From Eledone cirrhosa (lineage: Eukaryota), in the NCBI GenBank assembly GCA_964016885.1, contig OZ024742.1, positions 118,978,001 to 119,042,000 on the forward strand: a stretch of DNA of 64,000 bases. Reading direction: 5' to 3'. The translations under genes and the position numbers were made by a program. Of the stretch, positions 13,385 to 25,829 are shown piece by piece. How positions within the stretch are numbered: the first letter of the stretch is position 1; each line of letters begins with the position of its first letter. Below the pieces are notes generated by a model. The model ran no database searches, was not told the DNA's origin, and saw only the letters and a list, made by a program, of their open reading frames with translations.

Positions 13385-13705
13385 CACATATTTAGGCATA
13401 GCAGTCTCTGTCACTTGTTTGACAGTGTCAGGATAGTGGAATGGTACCCCATATTTAGGAATAGCAGTCTCTGTCACTTGTCTGGCAATATCAGGATGGA
13501 GGAATGGTACTACACACATTTAGGAATAGCAGTCTCTGTCACCAGTCTGGCAGTATCAGGATGGTGGAATGGTACCACACATATTTAGGAGTAGTGGTCT
13601 TTGTCACTAGTCTGGCAGTATCAGGCTGGTGAGATGGTATCACACATATTTGGGAATAGTGGTTTCTGTCACTAGTCTTGCAGTGTCAAGTTGGTGAGAT
13701 GGCAA
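13385..13705. repeat. ~64-bp minisatellite, 5 copies
   Basis: A tttagg/tttggg anchor recurs at 13391, 13454, 13519, 13584 and 13649. Confidence 0.88.
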
Positions 13706-15448
13706 TGGTAGAATGGTACCGTACATAATGAAAAGTTGTTATAGCTGATGAGGCAGTGGAGATAAGATTTTCAGATATAAGGAATTATTATTAAATAAAA
13801 AAAATCAAATCATATCAAATTTACAGCTCATACATATGCAGGCTTAGCTGGCTGCCTACAAGTTTGTATATCATAGGAGGTTTCTTGGGAATTTTAATGA
13901 TAGAGGTCCCACTCCTATCATTATTTCATCCAATCCCTTAGAAAAGTGAAGCATTGACAAAATTAATCCTTCAGTGATTTCTGTCAACCACATTTTGTAG
14001 TTTTTCAATTGGAAGTCCACTTTCTTCAATCAGCAGAGCCTTCAAAGTGATTTTTAGCTGGCCATGATGCTGTTTCGAGTCAGGAGACCAAAGCAGAAAT
14101 GTAGAATCTGGCACATCATAACATAACATTATGTCCAGACAGAAGTAAACAACAGCTTCTAATGAAAGAAGGTTATGTATATAACATTATTTGCACAGAA
14201 ATATATGGAGACCAGAGCAGAAGTGTAGAAGCTGATTCATTATGGCATCACATATGTTCAATCAGAAGCAGACAACAGTTTCTAATGAAAGCGTAGAAAA
14301 TATCATTCACATATTGCTCATATACAGCTGTTTCTCATTGATTTTATATGGTAGAATGAGCAGGATAGGCTTAGAAAATTTATATACTTGCATGTTATCT
14401 GAACAAGTAATTTCAAACATGAATGTTCCTTCATCAAATGAACTACTTTATTGTTAGATAAATCTAGGCAAGCAAAATAATCCACCTTACCTATAGAGTC
14501 AATTCAATAGCTGTAGCAAGATTTGAGTATGAGAACTGCTAGCAAGGGTTGGATAGGTCTTCACGGACTAAGTCAGTACTCAAGTGGGGTTACTGACCTC
14601 TCAAATGGGCTTACATATGATCCCACACTACCAAGTGCATTTTCTTATGACACTAGCACTAGAGGTTATCTCTTTGACATAGCTAAAGGGTCCTCAGAAC
14701 AAATGGCTATATATATATAAAAGTATATATATTATATATGCAAGTCCATTTGAAAATTAACTTTAGCAACATTGAAATTATGAATTTCAAATCTTAGTAA
14801 ATTTAAAGTACACACAAATATGTGCATGAAGAAATGTTAAATGTGGATCTAAGTAATAGCTTGAGAAAACAAATCAAATAGAAACCTTCAACTAAGTCCA
14901 CCGGGAAAATATTTACTGTATATACTTGAATATAAGCTGAGGATTACGTGACCAAAAATTTGATGATAAAATGGGCAGTTGGATTATATTTGGAGCCAAT
15001 ATTTTGACAATTTTTCACCAATTTCAAATTCTATGTAAATAAAAGTTATTATTTCACAATGAAACACTGTTTTTCTACATTTACTATATCATCATGAGTT
15101 TTATTTAAGCATTGCCTTGAGAACATTCCCAACAAATTTATATTATTTGAACTTTTTAATACATAAATATCCCTTACACACATACGCATACATGCACCAA
15201 CTGTTTTTCTCTGCGACTTAATTATACATTTTCTTTCAATTGTGTTTTGTTCGCTGTCTCTCCCTTCTCTCTTCTTCCCCCTTCCACTTTGAATCCTTAT
15301 ACAGTGTTCTTTTAGTTGTCTCTTTCAACTGTTCCCTACTTATTTCAATCTCCACTTAGTGTTTTTTTTTAATAACATCTAAAACTAATATATTAAAATA
15401 TATCTCCATTTCGTAGTAGATTTGTGAAAGAAAAACTATATTCTAAAC

Positions 15449-15739
15449 CAGTGGTCTCCAACCTTTTTTACACCACAGACCGGCTTCATATCGGACAATC
15501 TTTCCGCAGACCGATAGTTGCATATATGTGTTATTTAAAATATACATTAATTAGAAAATGTACTTACAGTTATGTTAGTAGATGAATATTGAATATTTAA
15601 ACAAATCTTTTTCAATTAAAGTCCAATATTGAATTTATCTATTACATAATTTTAAACAAGTTAATTATTTCTTTGAGGCCTGGTAGCAAATGATCCACAG
15701 ATCGGTACCGATCCGCAACCCGGTGGTTGGGGACCTCTG
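15449..15739. mobile_element. hAT-Charlie-type MITE
   Basis: TIRs CAGTGGTCTCCAACC / GGTTGGGGACCTCTG; 8-bp TSD ttctaaac / ctctaaac. Confidence 0.85.
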
Positions 15740-16016
15740 CTCTAAACAACATTTAAAGCATTTAAAAACCTCGTAAATATTTTCTCTATTCATGAGAATT
15801 TCAAAACAGTAGCATAATGAGTTTATTAACTGCCTCAGCTTATAAACGGAGTTTCGATTTTTGCCCATTTCTCAGACATAAAATAGACGGGTCAGCTTAT
15901 ATTTGAGTATATGTATGGTATATTTTCTACTTTATCTATTCATGAAAAAGGTCTGTTCTCATTATCAGAATTTCTACATTACCTCAATTTTGAAGATCAA
16001 ACTGCTAAATGAGATG

Positions 16017-16056
<40 letters not shown>

Positions 16057-16168
16057 CTCTTATACCTGTTCCAGTCAACAGGTTGAGGTTATGCTGGGGC
16101 ACCACCATTATATATATATTGTGTGTGTGTAAAGATTTTTTTTTTTATGTAAAAATAAATGGATTTAC

Positions 16169-16336
16169 TTGTCAAAATGATGACTGTAAAGCTGGAGAGG
16201 AATTTTCAGCAGTTCATCATATAATTGCATTACATTTTGCAATTTTTTTTGTTGTTTTTCCCAGTGGATAACTGAATCCCACAGCCGATCAGCACGGAAG
16301 TCAGTACCAGCAGCATTCAGAGCTTTTCTGTATAAT
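16169..16336 (-). CDS. PRPF39: PRPF39 exon (LYRKALNAAGTDFRADRLWD...IPLQLYSHHFD)
   Basis: tttacag| and AA|GTAAAT, 168 nt, phase 2/2; AAGTDFR.DRLW and QLYSHHF motifs. Confidence 0.95.
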
Positions 16337-16825
16337 CTGTAAAGAAAAAGTAATTTGTGTATCATTATTACGATAATCACTTTGGTTATGATAGTAAAAT
16401 ATATAGTTAAATATTTAGGTAAATGATGTTTTATCAGGTCACTACAATGTGAATTGGACATTAACTGCTAAAAATATGATAACAAAGATGTTGGGATATG
16501 ATTTTTGCAGTTCTTTATTGATCTTTTATTTTGGGATAAAATCCCTCCATCAAAAGAATAATTGGAAAAACTAATTCAGAGCTGTGTATCTTTTGTCGCT
16601 CTTAAGCAACCATTTTGAAATTTGAAAGTGATTGGGGGGTTTTTCAACACTGGTAAAGTGGTAAATGGGTCAAGTGGTGTATGTTCTAAGCTATTGTTAT
16701 ATCTAGTTTTGAAGTGGAATGAAGAGTGGTGGTAAGTCTATCTATGTTTGAGTTCTAGTCTAGTGTTGATTTGAGGTTTGAGTTTGGATATTAGAATACA
16801 TTCTTAGATTCTGAGATTGCTGATA

Positions 16826-17225
16826 TAATAATGAAATTATTGTGTACAGTGCTCAGGTGCACTACAACTCATCAAAGGTGCATGTATAGTACATAGAATA
16901 ATGTACAAATGTCAGGAAAATAAACAGTATATGAGTCATGATATAATAACAATAACAATAATGAAATATTGTGTACAGTGCCCAGGTGCACCACAACTCA
17001 TCAAAAAAGTGCATGTACAGTACATAGGGCAATGCACAAACATCAGTAAAATGAACAGTGCACGAGTCATGATACACACATGTGTGCATGTGTATGGAAG
17101 GGGTACATCAGGTGTAGTTTTGGCGTATTTCGGGAAGCATGAGTGTCTTAAAGGATGCAGTGTCTCGGCAGCTAACAATTGACGCAGGCAGTTTGTTCCA
17201 TGCTTCAGCAACTCTGAGCGTGAAA
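16826..17225 (-). mobile_element. Two tandem CR1-family 3' fragments
   Basis: Reverse complement of the same 3' end, with the terminal ~110 nt present twice. Confidence 0.85.
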
Positions 17226-17432
17226 TTCATATCTTTATTTGTGTTCTAGTACTTATCTGTGTATTTCTTGAAGGAGGATGTGTGTGTTGAGGTGTTCTTT
17301 ATTATTTTAGTAAATATTTATCATGTTAAAGAGTAAGACATCTTAATGAAAATTAAAACAAGCTAAACAATGTTTGAAAAATCCCTATTGCAAAACCATC
17401 AAACTGTTAATTCTAAGATTAGCACTACTTAC

Positions 17433-17542
17433 TCTTGAATTCTCTCAACATTTTCACATTCTCTTGACTCAGTGACAGAAGAAATGTAATGAAGCCAAAG
17501 TTCTACGCTTAATGGAATAGCCTTTACACCTCGCTCAAACAC
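17433..17542 (-). CDS. PRPF39: PRPF39 exon (VFERGVKAIPLSVELWLHYISSVTESRECENVERIQ)
   Basis: ttctccag| and GA|GTAAGT, 110 nt; AIPLSV.LW.HYI HAT motif. Confidence 0.95.
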
Positions 17543-18989
17543 CTGGAGAAAAATATAGAAAAGTTAAAAATCAAGATAAATGAAGCCCTGCAAAGAGGAC
17601 CAAATAGAGTAAAGTAGTTGTAAAATGTTGAAAAGTAAATGGGGTAAAGTCGAGCAAGCCGAACAATTGGAAGTACAACCACGTGATTACCGTCGTCAAC
17701 GAAGCTCTCCTGGCGACTGGCACAGTCAAACAGGGACAGTTGACGTTCATCTGTTGTTGACCCTGTAGTTTAAGGGAATTTCTTGCTGCAAATCCATAGC
17801 CCTCCCTAGTAGTGGACAAGTTCAAAATTGTGAAATCTCACAAAAAATCTAAATCACGATTTCAGAGACCCTCACAACAGCCAGGTCTCCAGTAGATTCA
17901 TTATGTCTGCAAAGAAAAATATTACATAATAACACAGTGAGAGCTTGATACTAAACTAGGCACCTGGCATGTAGTAGGAAATAATTAAAGATCTGTGTGT
18001 ATGTGTGTGCATGTGTATGTGTGTACATGTATTATAAATTGGATAGTACTATTAAATGTTGGCAAATATTACTTAAAACTGGGAATGTAAACATATAAGT
18101 CATCATGTGGAAAGATTAAGTCATTAAGTTTAGAAAAGAATATATTAGTTCTGAGAAACTGGATAATGATATATTTATAGTGATTCTATGCTAATAGAAT
18201 TGTTAGTGCTTGCACTCTACCCCATTATTAGACAACATTTCTAACAAACTAATATTGTGTTAACATATAAGTGGTAAACTGGTAGACATGTTAGACCATT
18301 GAACAAAATGCCTTACAGTCCCTTGACTTCCATACTTCTGCAGCTACATACCAGTCAAGTACTGGGGTTGATTTAATATCCTTATAAAGCATCCTAGATG
18401 CTTTATAATGTCACCAACTCTATTTGACTCTTGCTAGTTCCATAACACCTTTGCCATTTATTGATTGTGTTTACATCCTTAGGTGCCTTTAGCAGAGTTC
18501 AAGTCCTTGGACCTGACCACCACAGCCAGTTTCTCCCTCTTATTTTTGTGTAGATATTGATCTTCATGGTATTAGTTGCATTAATCTCAGCGGCCTGGGA
18601 GTTTATGTAAAGGTAATGAGCATTCTCCTTCTTAACCAAACCTTTGAACTATATATATAGAATACATTAGGTATTTTATTATATAGGTAATTTTCATTTG
18701 TAAATATGATGAAAAATAATAGTGATTATACAAAATAATTAGTATACATACATAATTATAATTTTATATACTATGTATAAACATTCTTGCCAGACTTTAA
18801 AAGAAAATGAATATCTTTAAAATTCTTTCCCATGACCAAGTAATTAGAAGAATCTTATGAAACAATTTAATCATAAACAAATATGAAAGAACACTTGTGT
18901 AAGCAATGAGTTTGTTGCTCATATTTTGGAAAACATCTTGAAATAATATAGTAATATCATAGGTTTCATAGGTGGTCGATACATAGGAA

Positions 18990-19620
18990 CAGCAAGCAGC
19001 AAGAGCTCATAGGAAATAACCTCTTTTAAATACTAGGAGGGCTCCGTAGAAGTAGTTGATAGCTTCTGTTACCTGGGAGATCAAATTAGCAGTGGAGGTG
19101 GGTATTCTGAAAGTACAGTAGCCAGAGTAAGAACGGGATGGAAAAGGTTCAGGGAGTTACTACTACTGCTAGCTACAAAAGGTTTTTTTCTTTAAAATGA
19201 AAAGTAGATTGTACAATGCTTGTGTATGAACAGCAATGCTGCATGGAAGAGAGACCTGGGTACTGTGCACAGAGGACCTACGAAGATTGGAAAAAAATGA
19301 AGCTTGCATGCTTTAACAGATGTCTAATAGTAGTGTGCATGACTGGCAAAGCATCAATGAACTGAGAGAGAAACTGGGCATAGGAGGGGTCAGTTTCGGT
19401 GTGCAGGAGAGGAGAATATGGTGGTATTGACATGTAATGTGTATGGAAGATGACAACTATATAGAAAGGTGCACGGTGCTCAAAGTCAACGGAAACTATT
19501 GAAGAGGAAGGCCTAGGAAAACTTGGGATGAAGTGACATTACACATTTAAACATCTCAAAGGAGATGACACAGCATTTCTGGCGTTATGCTATACTGCAG
19601 AAGATCCGCCTTCCCATGTG
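18990..19620 (+). mobile_element. Decayed RTE LINE 3' fragment
   Basis: EVVDSFCYLGDQISSGGG..ARVRTGWKRFREL and GRPRKTW are similar to the 12000-12560 region. Confidence 0.8.
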
Positions 19621-20558
19621 CACAGGATGAAACAAACATGTAGAGGACACTAATTTGCACCAATCTTCTCCCTGCCCCTCCCCTATTGGTCCTTCCTAGT
19701 CTTAATGCCCACTTATCACCGGCTAAATACCTCACTCACCTCATCCATATCCAAAATGCATACTCCCCCCTCCCCTTACACACACACACCTTGGTACACC
19801 TCTTTTGTCCAGCCCATGTATACAAGCATGGAAAGCTGGACACTCCACATTTCCTCCCTCATGATTTTGCAGTCATGATAAAAAAATCGTTACGACTACC
19901 CAGTATGATCTGGTCCCACAACAAAAATATCCAGTTCACCCTGTATGTTGGTTGTGCTGGTGACACAAGATGCTTCCAATGCACCTGGTATAGTGGTTGT
20001 GTTAGCGACGTGTAAAAAAAAGAAACCCCAGTTCACCCTGTAAAGTGGTTGTGCTGGTGACATGACAAAAAGCACCCAGTCCATTCTGTAAGGTGGTATG
20101 ATTGGTAACATAATGAAAAAGCACCCAGTCTGCCCTGAAAAAACTGGACTTCCTATTATAAATGAAATTTTATAGTTTAATACTATGATTGTTCTTTTCT
20201 CTAAGTCATTTAATAATCATCATCACCACCAGTTTATGCTCAATTTTCTATGTTGGTATGGGTGAGATGAAATGAATATGAAACAAAATTCTCAGCTCAC
20301 ACCTACGCAGGTTTAGCTAGCTTACTATGGAGTTGAGTCTCGTAGGAGATTTCTCAAGTGTTTAAGGTGTAAAGACAATGTAAAATGAAGTGTCTTGCTC
20401 AAGAACACAACGCACTACCTAGTCTAGGAATCAAACCTATGACCTTATGATTGTGAGCCCAATACCCTAACCACTAGGCCATGTGCTTGGTTGTCAAAGT
20501 CTTTAACATGGATTTATGATACAAAACTGCTCACTTTTATATTTTTATCCTTGTATGG

Positions 20559-22155
20559 TAATAATAAATATTGTGTAGTGCTTAGGTGCACAACACTCAT
20601 CAAAAAGTGTATGTATAGTACATAGGGTAATGTACAAACGTCAGGAAAATGAACAGTGCATGAGTCATGATATACACATGTGTGCATGTGTATGGAAGGG
20701 GTACATCAGGTGTAGTTTTGGCGAATTTTGGGAAGCATGAGGGTTTTAAAGGATGCAGTGTCTCGGCAGCTAACTGACGCAGGCAGTTTGTTCCATGCTT
20801 CAGCAACTCTGAGCGTGAAAAAATGTTTCCGAAAGTCATGGGAGTTGTGCTGTTTTCTGATTTTGTAGGCATGTCCACGTGTGTTAGACACATGGAGATC
20901 AAAAAGGTGCTCATGGTTGTTGTTGGCGAGATGGTTAATAACTTTGTGGGTGTTTACCAAGTCCATTGCCAGACGTCGGAGCTTCAATGAATCCATGCCC
21001 AGGGAAGCAAGGCGTTCAGAGTAAGGTAGGTGTCTGATGGAGGGTATGCGCTTGGTTGCACGTCTCTGAACAGTTTCCAGGAGGTCAATGTTCTGAGCAA
21101 GATAGGGGTTCCAGACTGATGATGCGAATTCCAAGTGTGGTCGTACCATAGCTGTATACAGCTTTAAATAGATGGCTGGAGAGCGGCTAACAAAGGTCTT
21201 GCTGAGTGATGCCAAGACACCCTCGGCCTTCTTGACAATCTTAGAGACATGATTTATCCAACGCAAATTGCTGCTGACAGTAATGCCCAGGTCACGTTCA
21301 CAAGAGGACTTCTTGATATCAGTGTTGTGGAGAGAGTATGTGGACGCTGGATTTTTCCTCCCAAAATGCATGGTGGTACACTTGTCCACAGCCAGCTTCA
21401 GTTGCCAGTCTGTGATCCAATGCTGCATTGTGTCCAAGTCTGATTGTAGGAAAGAGTTGTAGATTTCAGGATCAGTCCTTTTGATTTCAAGGTACAGCTT
21501 GATGTCATCTGCATATTTCAGTACCGTGGCATTCTTTAAGTTGACATCTATGTCATTAATATATGCCACAAACAAAAGGGGACCAAGAACAGATCCCTGT
21601 GGTACACCAGATGACATCTCATATGGTGAAGAATGCTGTCCTAGAACCGTGACTACCTCTTTTCGGCTGAGAATGAAGGATTTCAACCAGTTAAAAAGAT
21701 CATCCCTCACACCCATTGCAGAGAGTTTTGCCATAAGTCTTTTGTGTGGTACAGAATTAAAAGCCTTAGTGAAGTCAAGGTAAACAACATCCACCCATGA
21801 GCCGCTGTCGGTGATCCGGGTAATGTCTTCAAGGAGCTCGATAAGCTGATCACAGCAACTGGAATTAGGGATAAATCCAAACTGCGAGGGCCGGATGAGG
21901 CTGTTAGAGCTCCAGAAGTTCCAAAGTGTTTCTCTAACACAGGATTCCATCAGTTTGGCAAGTAGTAAGACTGACTCGACGATAGTTGACAGGTGACGTG
22001 CGGTCGCCCTTTTTGAACAGGGGAATAACACTGGCAGTTTTCCACTGCTCCAGAGTAGCACCATTGTTGAGACAGTATTGAAAAAAGAAAGAAAGCTCGT
22101 GCTAAAAGAAGTACCTGCCACATTTAGAGAAGCAGGTATGTAACACCATCAAGAC
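20559..22155 (-). mobile_element. 5'-truncated CR1-type LINE (RT and C-terminus nearly intact)
   Basis: ORF 20706-22121 with QFGF, YLDFTKAF, GVPQGSVLGPLLF, YADD, TRGHAYKI and RVAEAWNKLP; 3' UTR and (ATT)n tail. Confidence 0.93.
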
Positions 22156-22489
22156 CATAATTTTATTTAAAACAATTTTGTTAATGTTCTAAATATCAAT
22201 TTACTAATGAAAACCTTAGTTATTTTATTAAATTCCTCCAAATTTTTGATTATTTTCAAAATTAATTGAAACACATAGGCAGTGTATTTCATGAGAAATA
22301 TAGAAATGAAAGAGTTATTGTCAAGATGGATTAAGCATGCCTCATGTATGTTCACATTTTGGCATGCAATAAAACAGAAAGAATTTATAAATTTAAATGT
22401 ATTCCCGTAACATTTCTAAAGGAAAGCAGCTCATTCAGCTCACCTTGAAACAATAAATATCTAACAGAAATTAGAAGATCATATAAAGA

Positions 22490-23010
22490 ATTGGAGGAAT
22501 TGCAAAATGGAATGACTGAGCTTCAGTACTCGTTAATCAGAAAGGAGGTAAATATAAAAATGAAATTTGCTATTTTCAATTTGGTGTTTGTACCTACCCT
22601 TACTTATAGTTATGAATCTTATGCAATGACTGAAAGAATATGCTTGTGATTACAAGCGGCCAAAATGGGGTTCTTTTAAAAGGTCTTTGGTGTAACATTA
22701 CTCAATACAGTGCTTAGCTCGGAGATAAGGAAATTGCTCCAGGTAAAGATGCTTTTATCTACTTCCAAAGATCATAGCTCTGATACCACGGACATATGAT
22801 TATAACATCTAGGAACAGAATCGCGAGACAGATTTTACTAGCAGGAGACTCAGAGGTAGACCTTGAGCAAGATGGTTTGATAACATCCATAAGTCCAATT
22901 GATCTCATTTGGACTTCAAACTGGATCATTTGGAGATGGCTGCTTCTGATAGGACCCTCTAGAAGGCATGTCTGAGGCAAACCTCTCACGAATAAGTGGG
23001 CAAAGAAGCA
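22490..23010 (+). mobile_element. Decayed RTE-like LINE 3' fragment (different family)
   Basis: VFVPTLTYSYES..MTERI..LQAAKM.F and *YHGHM-like motifs. Confidence 0.6.
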
Positions 23011-24527
23011 GCAAAACTGAATATAAGCAACAAATAATTGATTGAGAATAACTGTAAATGTAAAAGATTTGAAAAAGTCAATAATAATAATGTATGAAGA
23101 AGAAACATTTAGAAAAAAATTCAAAATATTGGATATTTGTGAGGTAAATTAAAAAAAAGAAAAAGATGGAATACTTTATGATACAGTAACTGCCAAAACT
23201 ATTAGAGAAAAAAAATATCTATAACAAGAAACTATACAGTGAAGAATTAAATATTTAACCAATGCTAACATTAAAACAAAAAAAAAAACATACATCAAAT
23301 ACGAAGACGTGATTTCTATAAATTTAGAACATGTATTACAAGACTAAATAAACTGTACTAATTTATGTTAATGAATTAATTGGAAATAGTGCCTGTGGAT
23401 ACAGCTAGCAACAACTAATAGTCTCATTCAGAATTTAGAAAATAAATACTATATTTGAATACTGTAACTGTACCAACTGTAAAACACTGCCTCAAAAAAG
23501 ACCCTATGATGTGTGTGATTGAGCCTGTCAATGAATTGCAAAGCTAACCTGTTACAGCGGGGAAAATAACCTCAAAATGCTTGATTTGTAGAATTTAGAA
23601 AAAAATATATCAATGTAACTCGTTTTAAGTATTAATACTACTAACAAAGAAAGCAACTTATATATAAAAATCATAACAATAACAAAACTCCAGAAAGGGA
23701 TAAAAAGCTGTGTAACAATCATTTTATGAATTAACAGTTGAAAAAGTATTTTACAAAACCTATTGAAAGAAACTTGAATATTTAGGACAGAAAATTAATA
23801 TTTCTGCCAACTGTTGAGCTACTCAAAGCAGCAAATAATCACTTTTGACAAAATCTTTAACCTTTTCACCTAGTAACCCACCAGAAGCCACTTTTGACAA
23901 ACTCTCTACTACCTTCAACCTTTTCATCTAGCAACCCACCTAAAGCCACCTCTATTAAAGTGTCCAAATTTAAACTACCATCTTGGATTGAAATAATTTT
24001 ACATAAAACATATTAGATTTTTATCCATTTTTGGTTTGATTTTCTTTGGCTGAATGTCCTTCCTAATGCTAACCACTTTACAGCAAAGACAGGAATTTTA
24101 TTTTTTTGTAGCATCAGTACTATCACTTTACAGAATGGATCAGGTGCTTTTTATCATATCCTTAGCATTACTATCTTGCAGGGTGGAACTGGGTGCTTTT
24201 TACCACAGCACCAGCACAACTGCATTATAACATTGAGGTACTTGGTGTGTCAGACTGGGGAGGCATTGATGACAGTGTGTGTAAAAAGCAAGTGGGGTGC
24301 TGGCTTTATGACTACAAAAGGGTTAAAATAGGACCCACATGTTTTGACATGTAATAAAATAAAAAAGGGCCAAAACTAGAAGGCTGATAGAATACGGAAA
24401 TTCAGCTTAATTTAACAAACTAGATGTCTAATCAGAAATACTCAACAACTAGGAAGTTTGTAAAATTGATAACTAAATTTTTATGTTTTATATGTTCACC
24501 TGGAATGATTGTACCTTATAATCCTTT

Positions 24528-25062
24528 TATAGCTCCATGTCATTTTAATAAACTTTCTATATAACTATAGCTCCATGTCATTTTAATAAACTTTCTATAT
24601 ATCTATAGCTTTATGCCATTTTAATAAACTCTCTATATATATTTATAGCTCCATGCCATTTTAATAAAATTTCTATATATCTATAGCTCCATGCCATTTT
24701 AATAAACTTTCTATATAACTATAGCTTCATGCCATTTTAATAAACTCTCTATATATATTTATAGCTTCATGCCATTTTAATAAAATTTCTATATATCTAT
24801 AGCTCCATGCCATTTTAATAAACTCTCTATATATATTTATAGCTTCATGCCATTTTAATAAAATTTCTATGTCTACAGTTCCATGTCATTTTAATAAAAT
24901 TTCTATATAACTATAGCTTCATGCCATTTTAATAAAATTTCTATATATCTACAGTTCCATGCCATTTTAATAAAATTTCTATATAACTATAGCTTCATGC
25001 CATTTTAATAAAATTTCTATATATCTACAGTTCCACGTCATTTTAATAAATTTTTTATATAT
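24528..25062. repeat. ~38-bp minisatellite, about 14 copies (tatagctccatgccattttaataaaatttctatatatc)
   Basis: Directly visible tandem array. Confidence 0.93.
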
Positions 25063-25829
25063 TGAAGTATCTAAAAAGAATATGACTGAGTTACTAATAA
25101 TAGTCTGGCAGATTATGTTTCAATCCATTTCTTTGAAACAAATGCTTAAAAATACATATGGAGTAATATTAAGTAGTATAGTCATGTAGTTAAAATGTTT
25201 GCTAGATAAGTATATGGTTACACGTTGAATTAGTGTGCAGTAGCTAGAGTAAGTGTCTTTTAATGTAGTTTCGGGTTAGTCAATATCTCATGAGTAGAAA
25301 TTGGTAAATAGAAACTGTGCTCTCCCCAACACCTCCACATGTATATACACGTGTGTGTGTGTGTATAATATATATATATATATATATGTGTGCCTGTGTA
25401 TGTGTGCCTATGTTTACTAATTCAATAAAATTAATAAAATTATTAGTAGATTGAAACAAGTACTTGGTTAAATATAATTAACTAAAAAAACTTTTGACGG
25501 TGGTGCCCCAGCATGTCTCCAGTTTAAGAACTAAAACCAGTTGAAATGTTGGAACTAATCAGTATCTATTTTCACCAAAGCTTCTTTAATAAATATTTAT
25601 ATAACTACTTCATAAATTCCATGTTGTTCATGCTAATGTTTTACTAGCTATAAAACAAGTAGAAATATTGGCTGCAACCAGAAAGTTGAAACCAGGTTAG
25701 AAAAAAGACAAAAAAACAACAAACATCTTAAATATTATGGTATATTTTTCTTGACTAAAATATTTGAACTATTAGAGAAAAGAATTATGGTTAGATCTAT
25801 ATGATGAAAGATTACTTAAGACACCTAAT

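Noticed and set aside
13960-14145. Possible Gypsy RT remnant on the minus strand (LLWSPDSKQHHGQLKITLKAL)
   Set aside because: Too short and degenerate to call without a profile search.
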